This document shows, piece by piece, positions 37,402 through 51,352 of a stretch of 64,000 nucleotides of DNA. The notes under the pieces were generated by a model. The model did not search any database. It was given only the letters and a program-made list of their open reading frames with translations, and was not told the DNA's origin. The stretch is taken from positions 267,654,001 to 267,718,000 of the forward strand of contig OZ024742.1 of the NCBI GenBank assembly GCA_964016885.1, given 5' to 3'. Each line of letters starts with the position of its first letter. Positions within the stretch are counted from its first letter, which is position 1. Both the position numbers and the translations under genes were made by a program. Source of the DNA: Eledone cirrhosa (lineage: Eukaryota).

Positions 37402-39789
37402 GGGAGGGGCGTGTATATTTGTGTGTGTGTGTATACATATATATATATAGCATATACATTTAAAAACTCGCCAGTAATATAGTTTACATCTGAATAAAGA
37501 AAGACTGCTTCAAATTTAATTCATAGAAGCTTATAAATATAAATATTAATAAATAGTTTCATCGCTCTACTTGTCTGAATACGGGAAATATAAATCTGAG
37601 TTTTTCGAATATCAATAATAATATTTGATTCCTTTGCAATTATGCAAGCAACCTCTTAATCCATGTGAGTAGAATAACCCCAGCATTCTTTCTCTTGTAT
37701 TTGCATATAACAATATAAATATTGACATATCTTAAATATGACACAGACTAACCAAAGGGAAGATCGCAGTAAAGTACTTTGAAATAAAGAAACTTCACAA
37801 TTATCTCATTCTAGGGGTAGAGAATTTGTTAAACGTCCTAAAGTTAGTGGATTCAACAAATGTTCCCCTTTCTGCAGTTTCACGAGCAAAAGAGCAGAAT
37901 TACCTATCCCTTTTAATTCATTAATTAAGGTATCTAAATACGCCAAAATTTGATGATCATCAGAGAGGGAGGTGTTTATTAATTATTATAAGAGAAAAGT
38001 TATATCTACCTGTTGCTGAACATTATCTTTATTTACTCGTGAATCTGCAGTAAGGGGAACATTTGTTGAGACCTCTTGTTTTAGGTCGCTAAATAAATAA
38101 TTTACCCCTAGGGTGGGATGCTTGAAAAGTTTCTTTATTTTAAGTACTTTTCTGCTATCTTCTATTTGGTTAGTCTGTGCCTCTTTTAAGATATATATAT
38201 ATATATATGTATGCATGTGTGTGTGTGTCTGTGCGTATGTATGTGTGTGTGTTTGTTAAAATGCATTCACGTTTATTAGTTGTATATTTAATACAACTAT
38301 TAAGCGATATTTAAATTATTTCTGCTACTATTTCTAATAGTAATGTATTCTATAGAGTACAAATAGCTTCAACTTACATGTGGACACTTGGTTGATTGAA
38401 TTAAAAAAATATAATACGATTTCGTATACGCTTCGTATTTTTTTCATCAATTAGATCCATAAACTTAAAAAGAATGCAAATGAATGATTGCATGAGAGCA
38501 AATTAGCCTCTGACGACAATAGCCCAGCGTTACAATATTAGCATAACTCATTTGAGACTATCTTTATATTCTCCGAACACGATATGTATGAAGAAATAAT
38601 TGTGAATAATTATTTATAAATCAATTATAATTTTTCTAGAATTTGTGCGTTTCTAATATTATTTTTTTACAGAGAATGAATAGTAAGAAGAGGGGTTAGT
38701 CTATTGAATCGTCATTAATAATTAACTGATACTTAAATATATATATATATATATGTCGAATGCGGAGAGATGAAGGATATTGCCAACTGATGAATGTTAT
38801 TGCCATTTGAAATCACAACTATAGTGGTTCTGAAAATCCACCGCATTGATTTATACATTTATAATGCCAACTCATGTACAGAGTGAGATATCCATTATCC
38901 TGATTGTGTGGGTTAAAAACATTTATAGGATTTTGTGTCTCCTTTTAAAAAATAATTTCAGTCCGCTTCACGATGTTGTTTATGGGGACGATGATGCTGT
39001 AGAATAAATTATACTTAATTTCAATGAGATGTTTGTTTCCTTTCATAAACATTGTGGGCGACAAAAATTGCGCTGAACAAAACAGAAGGCCGTCCACAAT
39101 ATTGAACAGGCAACATTAAAACGATAACCACCAACAATAACAACACCAACAGCAGTAGCAGCAGCAAAAATAACTTCAACAACAAGACGGATCAATTTAT
39201 CATGTTCCCCTCTTACATGGGAAGGAGGAAACTGAAAACCCGAATTGCTGGGACCCACCCAGTATAACATATCTAGGGGCCCTAGCATGCATCTTCCAGG
39301 AGCGTATCGTGATGCTCGTGGAGGTTAAGCTACGGGCGATCATTGAGCACGCAAAGCCTAGTTGATACCTATGTAGAAATAAACAAGGTACTATTGTTGC
39401 CAAAATGAGAGCCTCAATAGAAACAAAAGCCCCAGCAGCGCCACTGACACCGGTAGCTATAGTAACATCAAAAACTGTGACACCAAAAATTGCAGCAGCA
39501 ACAGAAACACGAACACGAGCAAGACCAACAACCAGCAACAGAACGACTATCATCACCAACAACAAAGACATGTATCGTGGAAACCACGCAGGTCGCCCCC
39601 AAACTAAGCTCTCCCTCTCTCTCATAACCCGCTCTAGATATATTCATACTAAAATACAGACACACTTCCACTCCAAATTTGTGAAACACAAAAAACTTCT
39701 CAACACTCAGTGAAGGAGAAGAGGAAGAAAAAAGAAAAAAACCCAGCAAAAATGAAACAAAAAACACATTCTGTCATACACCTGCCCCT

Positions 39790-40340
39790 TCTTCTTTTCT
39801 TCTACTTCTTCTTCTTCTTCTTCTTCTTCTACTACCACTTATTCCTGAGTGGGTCCTGTTAGAACCAACTGTCCCCAATTAATCCTGCTGTATCCCTAAG
39901 ATTGACCAGTCATGCTCACAGATGTTATCCACTCATAATGATCGGAGGGCATCCCTGGAATTCTTGCCTTTAATACAGTCTCTTGCCTTCCATTCTTCCT
40001 GAACACGGCTTTGAGATACTTGAACATTTCCAGCTGTTTAAGTGGAATCCATTCACATTTAGAGTGAACTGTGAAAACTTCTTTGAGAAGACAAGTCCTT
40101 CGGTGTTCGTAGCACTGATTTTCATACCAGCCATGCAACATTCGGCAGCACACCTTTCACGTGCATGATGGAGATCACCTTCTGACCTTCTGACGAGTTA
40201 AGTAATACCATGTTGTCTGCAAATTCCAGCCGACTGATCCTATCCCTGCTAGACATGTCAATCATGTTCATGAAAATAATGAACAGGAGATGTGATAATA
40301 CACACTCTAGGCGAAGTCGTGGTTTCGATTTATCAACATT
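39790..40340 (-). mobile_element. Decayed RTE-like LINE RT fragment
   Basis: LEFADNMVLL (FADD-like) and PLKQLEMFKYL motifs, with a (GAA)n tail. Confidence 0.55.
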
Positions 40341-40889
40341 ATCCCGAACACTCGGGCACTTCTATAAAGACGTCAAGGCAAAAAGAAGCTGACTATCAAT
40401 CCTATACTCCCGCAGACCCTTCCAAAGCAGGTCCTCAGGAACGCGGTCGTATGCGTTTTCAAGGTTTAAAAATAAAGACTACACCTCTTGGCGGTAATCC
40501 CCCTATCTCTCAAAGACCTGCTGCAGTGTTAACATTTGGTCGGCTGTGATGCATCAAGAGCAAAAGCCACACTGTTCATCAGCTAACTGGGACTCGACAA
40601 TATACCTACATCTTTTTGTCAGACACTTAATATTGACTTTACTGAAGAGAATTAACAAGGAGATTGGAACAATCACTTTTGTCTCTCTTTTTGAAAATTG
40701 GGATTATCACTCCCGATTGCCATTGCTTAGATGCCTTTGCAGAGATGAATGCCACGCGGAACACATATATTTATATATGAAGGACTTATGTTTGGAACGC
40801 GGCGAGCGAAGTTTAGAATTGAAACATAAACATATATTCGCCGTAATATTTTGACTATAATATATAATGGGGCCTATAAATCCACTGAA

Positions 40890-40975
40890 AGGAAAAGAGC
40901 CGGATATAAGCACACATGAGATTCGAGCCGACACTTCTCATCTCCAAGACGAATACTCTACCAATAAACCCACGC
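40890..40975 (-). mobile_element. tRNA-like SINE head between ~35-bp direct repeats (40794 and 41040)
   Basis: Minus strand reads tgggtttattggtagag ... ggctcgaatc (A and B boxes). Confidence 0.45.
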
Positions 40976-41092
40976 AATTGTTTTCTTTAATTTTAAAAGC
41001 TATAACTTAATAGTGATATGAAATATAGGCAGTATATTCGAAACGCGGTGAGGGAAGTTTAGAATTGAAATAGAAATATTTCCAAATATACT

Positions 41093-41205
41093 ATCTTTGT
41101 TTACATTTCGCTATTATGTTATCTTTGTTTACATTTCGCTATTATGTGATCTTTGTTTACATTTCGCTATTATGTTATCTTTGTTTACATTTCGCTATTA
41201 TGTTA
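41093..41205. repeat. 28-bp minisatellite, 4 copies
   Basis: atctttgtttacatttcgctattatgtt. Confidence 0.92.
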
Positions 41206-41291
41206 TTGCCTCTAAAAATATATGGTAAGATACTCTCTCGTTGATATGTAATAAATATTATTGTTGTTTCAGATGAAAGAATGGTATTTAA

Positions 41292-43580
41292 CTAATGTAT
41301 TGGTACGCGATGGGGCCCACCCACAGCCCTGGCGGACAGAATCGAGAAGGCGTTTCCCCGGAGGACGGCAAGGGAGACGCGCTGGAAAAGCCACTCCAAC
41401 TCGCGGGGCTCACACCTGCGGCTGGCCAGCTCAGCGCCTATGGTGGTGAGTAAGGAGGTAGCCATGGGGCCGAGGACACCAGAAATTTCCACTGCTAGGG
41501 GAACGACCGCAAACCTGTCGGAGAGTGACCTGTATTTGAGGAGTTTAGCTCCCCCAGCCCGACGTGCAGCAGAACCTGCGTCAGTCGCAGACTGCACAGG
41601 GTTGCGGCTGCAGAAAGTGTCGGTGCAAGTGGCATCCCAGACGAGAGGTTTGCCACCACGGAACGGGAAGATGGTCATGCCATCTGGCCTTTTACCGTCC
41701 CCTCAATCCAGCCCCACCGGCTCAAGCTGAGAAGTGAAGCCTGCAGCGTCCAAGCCATGCTTAATGACTTCGTTGAGGGCAGTATGGCGTGGAATGCAGC
41801 CGGCACTGTGACGACAGGAGAGCGAGTAGAGGCCGAAAGAGTCCACGGTGGAACCGCAACGACATTGGTGTGGCTGGCAGCTCCCGGGGCCGAGCCTCAG
41901 GGAAACGCTGATTCGCATGCTACGGTTGTCTAGCTGCGTGCCAGGGGAGAAGGAGGGCAGAGCATGGAGCCAGACACCACTGTCGGGTTTGGAGGCCGCA
42001 CGAATACAAGCAAGGCGGTGCTGGTCGAGTTGGCGCGTGAGCCTGCCTGAGGCCAGGATGCATTGGATGGCATCCCAAGTGCGTTGGGGGGACTTGACTT
42101 CAACAGGGGGAGAAGGAGGAGGGATGTCTACTGGGCTAAGTGCCAGCCGGTCCCACGTCACACAGGCGGCCTCACATTCTCTGAACACAGAGGGTTATGT
42201 TGTGTTTTGAAGAACCCTGCTGACGAGGACGTGGCACGAGGTTACCAATGAAAGATACGCCGGCAAAGCTAGTAAGATCGGGGACCGGAGGCCTAGCCCA
42301 CCACACCTGACCGGTAAAGTGGCCTGTTGCCACCCTATGTCGTCAAACTTGAGTTGCATATCCCCTCGGCTGCTGCCCGGATACAAGTAGCGAGGTCATC
42401 GAGGAGAGATGTCTGGGTGTAGCATGGAGCGCTGCGGAGTGTATAGAGGAGCTTCGGCATGGCGAAGCAGTTCCTCAGCAGAAAGAGAGCTGGGTGGCCG
42501 TCAATCCAGCCCAGTTGGCTCGTGAGAATCTGGAGCTGTTGACGCCTGGGCCTGATGGTGATGCGGATGGTAGCCGAGTGGATCTGTGACCCGAGGATGA
42601 GGATATCCTCTTTGGGGGTCACCTGAACCCGGCGGAGAATGGATCGCACGTCCAAGACGGAGGCTGCAAAGCTCGCAGCATCGAGGCTGACGTTGACCAC
42701 TTCCGACTGGGCCGAGTTGACCTGGAGGTCGATTCCCCCCAGGACAGGAATCACCGATTGAATGTCTTGGCAGACCGTCCCTACGTGCCCGCCCAACGTA
42801 GCATCATTTAGATACCAAACGTTGAGAGGGGCCCTGATACTCCGGGCGATGGGTCTCAATACCAAGGGCGAACAGGAGGGGTCCCAAACGGTCGCCCAGT
42901 TGGACCCCAGTAGCCGAGGGTATGACCGTATCAGCAGCTAGGAGCATTCTCGGGGCTCCATATGACTGGTAGGCCAGCGGGTAGGCAGAGGGGGCTCGGC
43001 TGAGGCAGGCCTCGAAAAGATGATCCCGGCGTAAAGAGTTAAAGGCATTCCTCATGTCAAGCTTGACAATGAGGTGCCTGGAGTCCCTGGATGCCGGTAC
43101 CGATGGGCAGCTGATGAAGAACTGCCTGATTGCATGAGAATCTCCCTCACAGCCACCGGACACGCCGACACTCAGTTGCACTGGACTAAATTCCTCACCC
43201 AGTTCGTGTGTGACGGACTTGCAGATCACCTTGGCAGCCAGCCTCCGGAAGACATTGCCCACAGCAATGGGGCGTATGCCACACTCTTTCTTCCTGAGAG
43301 CGGTGAGGCTGGCCGAAAAAAAGAGGCCTCAGGCGTAAGGGTCGAGGGCACCACGAATGAGCCTATTGGTGAGCGCCACAATTGCACTCAGAAGGCGGCG
43401 CCCGGCCTCGGCGGAGAGAGGGGATGTCAACTCCTTGAGGTGGCTTGGTCAGAGACGATCAACACCTCCGCAGCTGCTAGCTGGGAAGGTCCTGATGGCG
43501 GACATGATATCTGCATCAGTAGCCACAAGGAGCAGGTGGGGGTCGGGTGGGGGCATGGGTCTGAGATCAGTGGTGGCTCA
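41292..43580 (-). mobile_element. 5'-truncated, frameshifted CRE-clade non-LTR retrotransposon (RT, zinc finger, restriction-like endonuclease)
   Basis: GNVFRRLAAK, KLDMRNAFNS, GVQLGDRLGPLLF, WYLND, GGLGLRS, CRCG..LSC..RH, RPDG..GKPLVWDATCTDT. GC-rich block. Confidence 0.87.
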
Positions 43581-44414
43581 ATAGCAGAATAAACTGAGTA
43601 ATGGTAGCGTTCTCGTCCCGCAGACGAGAATTGGTTTATACTCCCCATTATTAGACTATATTATAGTTAAACAAATTACGGCGAAGTTCTATTTCGTTTT
43701 CAACACACACTCACACACACATATATATAGTGTGTTTGTGAAAAGATAAAAGTATGTATATTTGCTTGTTTTTTTACTGTGTGGATGTGTATATTCTAGA
43801 ATACATATTCTAAAGATATGGGCATTCAATATTTGATATCAGATGGACTCTAAATTCATTGGCTAATTATATCGATAAATAATCTCTATAGGGCGTTATA
43901 CTTGTACTGTCATTGAGTACAAGTCAATAATTATAGTGCAGAGAAAAACAACTTTTCACATATTCAAATAACTATAACATTTTTCTACTTGATAATTGAA
44001 TGTTCTGTAATCTGTTCCTAATCTACTCTTAACACTTTTTTCTTAAACATTTTTTCAGCAAATTTTTAGTCTTTTCTCGTATGCGTCATTTCTTTCATAT
44101 TTTCCAATTTCCTTTAAAATGTGTGAGTTTATATATTTTTTCGGAAATTATTGATGTATATAATAACTATTATTTGAATATGTAAGCAGCTGACAACTGA
44201 AGAAACGTTATATGGCAATTGGGAATCCATGATGTGTATACATTTCTCAATGTCAATAATAGCATTGGTGAGCATGAGGCAGAATGAAACGGTTGTTGCT
44301 GGAGTTTATTCTCATGGTGGTTCTGGTGGAGCACATATATATCTGCCTTGACAAGCCTATCTATATTTTTATTAGGGTAAAAATGTTGATGTGTTCTTCT
44401 TTTGACACAAACGT

Positions 44415-44700
44415 GACTATGTGGTTAAGAAGTTCCCTTCCAAATCAAGAGGCCACGTGTTCGATTCCAGTGCGGGATATCATGGGCATGCTTATTTTAT
44501 CTTATCATGGGGTATCCTAAACGTTGATAGACATAAATTGTGTGGAAGCCCGTCAGGATTATATATCCGTGATTCAACCATCCTGCCGTGTCACATATTG
44601 TGTCATACTTCTGACATAAAAATACGACTAGGGTACATGGGTCTATGAAATGCTTACACAATTAGATGCGTATTTCATGAAAAGGACTGGCCTGTGGTCC
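44415..44700 (+). mobile_element. Old tRNA-derived SINE
   Basis: tgtggttaagaag ... gttcgattcc (A and B boxes). Confidence 0.55.
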
Positions 44701-47612
44701 AAACCGACGGAATTCAGATTTGATGTGAGGGGGATTTGTATGCCAACTTTCGTAGGAAGTGCACACACTAAGTAAACCCGTTGTTATCCAAAATGCTATA
44801 CGAGTGTATGGCTGGTATTATGTATTAGGTCACCGGATTTGTACATCATATTCTCAAGTGTATAATAATGTTGACAACCCTATGTAAAATATACATTATT
44901 AAGAAGAAAACAAGAATATCCGCAATTCATGATGATGTTAAATTTAAGTTAATACATGAAACACATGCAATGTGATACAATTTCAATCCTCGTTATAACC
45001 ACACATGCATGAAAGCAGTCATCAGTTTTTTTATAGAATGCATTTGTTCATAACTGAACACCATAAGCACCATCAAGATCACCATCACTACAGCTTTCAC
45101 AAAAAACTACCATCAACAGCTCAACAAGCACACCTTCCACGATAACCGAGCCTAGTGTTTGTTGCGGAGCATGATTGTTAGTGTTGTGGTATAATTGTAT
45201 TAGTAACGAAATTGTAGAGATGCGACGTATATTTTGGCACCATAATATATGAAATTTGACTATAACTCTTTTTCTGCTATTTTAAGTACTGAGAATGACT
45301 CTTCTATGTTGTAATTGCATTGGTTTCAACACAATGATTTCTACGTTAAACGTGTTAAGCGACTGTTAGAAACAACACTAATTATATTATAGCTTAGGAA
45401 TATATGACATGACCCTTGAATATGACATTTAAAGTTCAGTCATAGTGGTAGAAGAAAACTATAGAATATATCTAATCAGTGGATTGAGAGAGATATTTAC
45501 ACCTCGGACGAAATGCATAATGATATTTATCCCGGCTTTTTATTTTCTCATTTCTAATAACATTGTAGTCAACTTTATCGTTCATTATCCCGAGTTTGAT
45601 ACATAAGTACCAGTCTACGGTTGTAGACTTCTTCAGTGCCGGACAAATTGATTTGTGGCATTTTTCTAATTCTTTAAGTTCAAATTCCACAGCAGCCTAC
45701 TTGAAAGGCAGACTTGGTTGTTCTCTCATCTTAACACCATGAATTTGTCCTTGTGTGTCTTTAGCAGACTCCAATGTGTTGCGAGCATTTGGACCAGATC
45801 TCATGTTCGAGGCTACGTCCTGCCTTCCCTTGTACCAATTTCAGAAGTTCCGTAAGTATCATGAACATTGAATTACTTCCTAATTAATCCAGTAGCCTAT
45901 CGGTTTGACAACTTGTTATTTATTACAAGAAAGCAATTTTGATTGCGTTGCCTTAGAATAATCGAAATGTTCCGTGTTACAGAAGGAAGACAAAAAAAAC
46001 AACAAAACAGTGCCTTGATGAGTAATAGACATATCGAATAATAGACATGGTTACTGACATGGTAATAGACGTATCGAATTCATTAATCACTTGAAGTTCA
46101 TTATACATTTGGAATTCAAAATTATGTGATAATATTATATATTAATTAATTAGCAAAATACTAAATTAATATCTGGAAAATATTTCGATAATAGAGTATT
46201 ACATTTCCAATCAGATAATATGTAGTTAAAAAAAAAAAAAAAAAAATTAATTTATATTTTCTCTCCAATTTTCAAAACATGTGTTTAATAAAGAAATTCA
46301 ATTAAATTTAGGATAATAATTATGCAGCTGATAATATAATTTTAACAATAATCACCTGTCGTCAGCTAAAATAATCTGATACAATTATTATAGAAGGAAA
46401 CTATTGTAAGTGTAGTGACGATCTTTTATTAAACATTTCTATTTTACTGTTCTGACTTTTATTGAATGGTAGTTGCTACTATGTATATAGCTTTCTCTCT
46501 CAAGCTCACTACCCGTCTCTTCCGCCTTTTCTCTCAGTCATATTCTTCATTTTGCTATGGTGAAGGAATGTGAAGCCTTAAATTATAAACTTTACCACTC
46601 GCAATATATGCATCAACATCAGAGGGGATTAAAAATTTACAAAATATATTAATATCATTACTGACTAATGAATAAATGAAATCATATTTAAAGCACTAGA
46701 TATATAATGCATATGATACCAGAATCTTTAGTCATAGGTCTAGAAAAATAAGAATTAGAAAAAAATAATCCACTTAAATCGACTCTAAATATAACATCTT
46801 GGTGGGTGGAATTTTCAATTCACATGATGAAGATTTGGTACTTCACTTTACACATCCTAGTCTTTTCAATCTTATTATCTGATGGTATTAAAGAGGGTGG
46901 CATATAAAACCCAATAAGGAAAACGGGACAGATCACGGCGCTAAACTTTCATATAATTTCCGCTTACCAAATTTCACTGTCGGGGCGTGGATTTACAGAA
47001 GAATATGATAAAAAGCAAATACATAACTTGTTGTGCAGGGTAATTAAATTCGAAACCACAAACTCGGGAAGTGTATGTCTTAGCCACACATCCATGCCCG
47101 GCGATATAACCAACACAAAATAACATTTATACATCGTCGTAAAGGTAATGAAACTAGTAGTAATTATCTTATAAATGTCAATTGGATAATCAAAAGCTGT
47201 TTCTTTGAACGAACATTTGTGGATGAGTAAATAAGTTACATTAAACTATGCATGAAATAATTGTAATGGAATCAATGATATGTTGAATGGAAACAAAAAA
47301 GGCTTGAAATACATTGAAGAATGAATGTTTAAGAAGACTATTATACATACTCAAATTTATGTTACTGTTTAAGTATGGCATTCAGAATAAAGATAAAAGG
47401 AATAGTGGTGAGTATACATACGCGCATACACTAACACACACACACTTATATATATATATATGTTAAGCATTAATAAAATAAATATATAAATAAATATATA
47501 TATATGGATGAGAAGAAGGCTGTATGGTTACTGATAACGGGTTTTAGGGTAAGGGGACACAAACAGGTTAACTACGGATCACAGATGTTTCGGTGCATTA
47601 TTAACTATACAT

Positions 47613-47803
47613 GGGGCGGTGGATTGGCAGTATCGGTAGAGGGTCGGACGCCATGCTTTCCAGCATAGTTACGTCCCTTTACCATCTGAGTTCAAATCCC
47701 GCCGAGGTTGACTTTGCCTTTTATCCTTACGGGGTCGATAAAATAAAGTACCAGTAATGCACTGGTAATTGCTGGCCTTGTGTCTAAAGTAGAAACAATT
47801 ATT
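47613..47803 (+). mobile_element. Full-length tRNA-derived Nin-domain SINE (octopus-type)
   Basis: A box tggcagtatcgg, B box gagttcaaatc, Nin-like gccttttatccttacggggtcgataaaataaagtacc, and an (att) tail. Confidence 0.82.
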
Positions 47804-48337
47804 AACTATACATCTAACCATAGCGCGTCCATAGCCATCAAAAGGCCACGAGGGAGAGAAAGAAAAGGAGAAGAAAAAAAGAGAAGACAGGAAAAAAAAC
47901 CTACCCATAGAAGGGGGAACAGGGGACACTGGTACATATAAACAATTAACCGAGAGAATGGAGATCAAGTAAAAAAAAAAAGCCGTTGGGTTTAAGCCCG
48001 GGGCAAATAATAACGCAACTAGGTATCCACACGTCTATGCTCAGCAAAACCACAACTGAAAGAAAGAAAGGCGGAGGAAACGGAAGCGAGAGAGAGTAGA
48101 AGGCAGAGTGGATGAGTAAGAGGGATAGAGAGCGAAAGGGAGGAGGAGGGAAAAAGAGTTAATCCAAACGGGTTTAGAACGCACGTGGATTGACGACCAA
48201 GCGAGATCGATGGAGAGAAAGGGAGAGCGAAGGAGTTGATCAAAGGTGTGGCGAGAAATGAATTCGCCAGGCACAATGAATCGAGCGGGATAGATAGAGA
48301 AGAGGGAGTGAAGGTCACAGCAGTAAATATAAAAAAA

Positions 48338-48477
<140 letters not shown>

Positions 48478-49483
48478 AAAGTCAAAAGTAGTTTAAAAAA
48501 GTAAAAAGGATAAAACAGAAATCACATATAAAAAGATGTATCTTTGACTGAAGTAGGTAAGATCATTTGACTTTTCGGAGGTTAAGCAATAATTAGAAAT
48601 TAAAAAGAGATTAAACTAGTAGTAATTATCTTTAAAGGTGTTGATAGGATAATCAAAGGCTGTTTCCATAGATAGCATTCGAACGAACATTTCAGAGTGT
48701 GCGCGGGCAGAATGGAATCGTAGAAATTGGTGCATCGGTACGGGAATCACAATTTTCCTACCGACACAAAGTCGTCTTCCCTGTTAATTAACGTATGTGT
48801 ACACTCTAATCCGTTGGGTTCGAATGTTAATAATACGGATTTAATTTGAATATTGAGTTAGGAAACAACCGAAGTTGAGTAAATTCTATTCCATATGTTT
48901 CGTCTTTTAATTATTTTAACTTCCAGAGGAAGAAAATTTAAATTGAACTTTCTTACTTTGTTTATTCTAGTTCAATTTATTTATGATTTGCTACCGTGTT
49001 TTTGTTTTCTATATGAAAGCAGCCTTGTCGAGTGCTTCTGGCATCGTCATTTTGTCAATTTAAATAAACGGTAACGTGTGTTCCATGTAAAGGGTGAGTC
49101 CTGGCTTATCTTATCTTGACGTCATACGTTACTATAAGGTAAGGACTACGACTACTACATTAATTTGTGTCCAGCCTTACATAACTTTCTATTACAGGTA
49201 GGCGAATTCCTGCTAACGACGTGTTTCCCCGCCAAATTGCGTAATACATAATAACGTTAACTAATTTCTGCACATGGTGGTTCCACTGCCAGCAGAAAAG
49301 AATGGTAGAAATTGGTGCCTCGGTACAGGAATCTCAATTTTCCTACCCACACGAAATCGTCTTCCTCGCTGGTTAAAGTATATGCACAGTTTAATCGGTT
49401 TGGTTCGAATTTTAATACCGACTTCATGAGATTATTCAGTGAGTATGGATACAATCGAAGCTGTGTCCATTCAATAATTATTT

Positions 49484-49555
<72 letters not shown>

Positions 49556-50223
49556 ATCAGGACCCACCCCTGGAAGCACTGCAGTCATCATGAGCGTTCG
49601 TTTTCCACGCTGCCGACTCGCAATCATACGGGTCGGCATCGGAACCGCCTCGCCGGCAGGTTCCGTTACCTCTCGCTTTCGACACGGGGCGAGTCGGAAA
49701 CATGCGGAAACACAGAACGATACACACACAGACACATCCACACACCCACCCTCTCTCTCTACCTTTCACACATACCCATCCCCTCCCCTGTCTACAGCAC
49801 CTCCGCAAACACATACACACATTCCAGACACACATACAGGCCATCTCTAACACCCGTCCGTCTGCCTTCATCCCTACCACTGCCTGCCTGTCACCCTCCT
49901 ACTGCTATCTCCTCTCTCCCGCATCCTTCGCCCAACCTTGACCCTCTTGACCACTTCCTGTTGCGCGGGCACCACACAACTCTTTACTTCCTCCGCACCA
50001 TTCCAATGATTTTTCCCCACTGGTCACACCAGTCCAGTCATCCACCCTGTTATACTCGGATTTTTCAACATCTAATCATGTACTCCGCGGGAAAACATTC
50101 AGGAACACACACACACATTTACACTATTTTCGCACACACGCAACCATACATCCACACCACACAAAGACACACACACACTCACGTGCGTATCCTCACATAC
50201 ACATGCTCTGCCTCCGGACTCCG

Positions 50224-51269
50224 CAGATCAGTCTTAAGATATTATCTTAGGAGAAGTGATTTTAATTTCTGGGTGCCTACTGAAGATCACAGAAAATTGA
50301 TTACTTTACTAATAATTATTTTATAAATAGTTGTTCCGTAATTAATTAATTATTTCATTAGTATAACATCCCTTGTGAAACAGGTTTATGTTTTGAAATT
50401 CCGCCCGATCTGCTGAAAAGGTTTGAATTTTGAAATTTAAACTTGTCTAGGCACCAGGCAGTTGCCATTTTACGTCTGTAAGTATAGATTTAATATTTAA
50501 TATTCTCTAGATCGATACAGACGGACTATATGTACTTGAATTAAGGTATTTCTATCTGGCTAAAAAATTATTGTCATTTTGCAAAAAAAACCAGTAGTGT
50601 TGATCATGTATTTTTTTAAATTATAATGTAATGCTCAGAAGTATTTTCTTAGAGCTTAATATTTGTAACTGACTACTAAACTGAAATTAATCTGCTCCTA
50701 CTGTGAGCTGAATTCATAATCACATATTCGCGGTGGCTATTTCTAGCGACATGGATATGAGCCAGAATGCTGAGAAGGTCGTGTGCAAAAGCACATGTAT
50801 TAGGCTTGCGACAGATCAGTCTTAAGATATTATCTTAGGAGAGGTGATTTTTATTTCTGGGTGCCTACCGAAGATCACAGAAAATTGATTACTTTACTAA
50901 TAATTATTTTATAAATAGTTGTTCCGTAATTAATTAATTATTTCATTAGTATAACATCCCTTGTGAAACAGGTTTATGTTTTGAAATTCCGCCCGATCTG
51001 CTGAAAAGGTTTGAATTTTGAAATTTAAACTTGTCTAGGCACCAGGCAGTTGCCATTTTACGTCTGTAAGTATAGATTTAATATTTAATATTCTCTAGAT
51101 CGATACAGACGGACTATATGTACTTGAATTAAGGTATTTCTATCTGGCTAAAAAATTATTGTCATTTTGCAAAAAAAAAACACAGTAGATCATATATATT
51201 TTAAAATTATAATGTAATGCTCAGAAGTATTTTCTTAGAGCTTAATATTTGTAACTGACTACTAAACTG

Positions 51270-51271
<2 letters not shown>
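50224..51271 (+). mobile_element. 588-bp tandem unit (~1.8 copies) carrying a large-loop type I hammerhead
   Basis: cagatcagtcttaag occurs at 50224 and 50812. HHRs at 50272-50455 and 50860-51043. Confidence 0.82.
50272..50455 (+). ncRNA. Type I hammerhead with expanded loops II and III
   Basis: Stem I ggugccua/uaggcacc, CUGAAGA at 50280, GAAAcagguuua (50377) pairing with uaaacuuGUC (GUC at 50445-50447). Stem II is weak. Confidence 0.7.

Positions 51272-51350
<79 letters not shown>

Positions 51351-51352
<2 letters not shown>

Noticed and set aside
39405-39713. 102-aa Thr/Ala-rich ORF
   Set aside because: Low-complexity (ACA/GCA) sequence resembling decayed Tx1 ORF1 spacer, with no domain support.
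47613-47720. Functional tRNA gene
   Set aside because: A and B boxes are present but there is no cloverleaf, and it continues into a SINE body found three times in the window.
48700-49440. Two diverged ~130-bp direct repeats (48705 and 49290) as LTRs
   Set aside because: No TG...CA ends, primer-binding site or coding interior. More likely fragments of one dispersed repeat.
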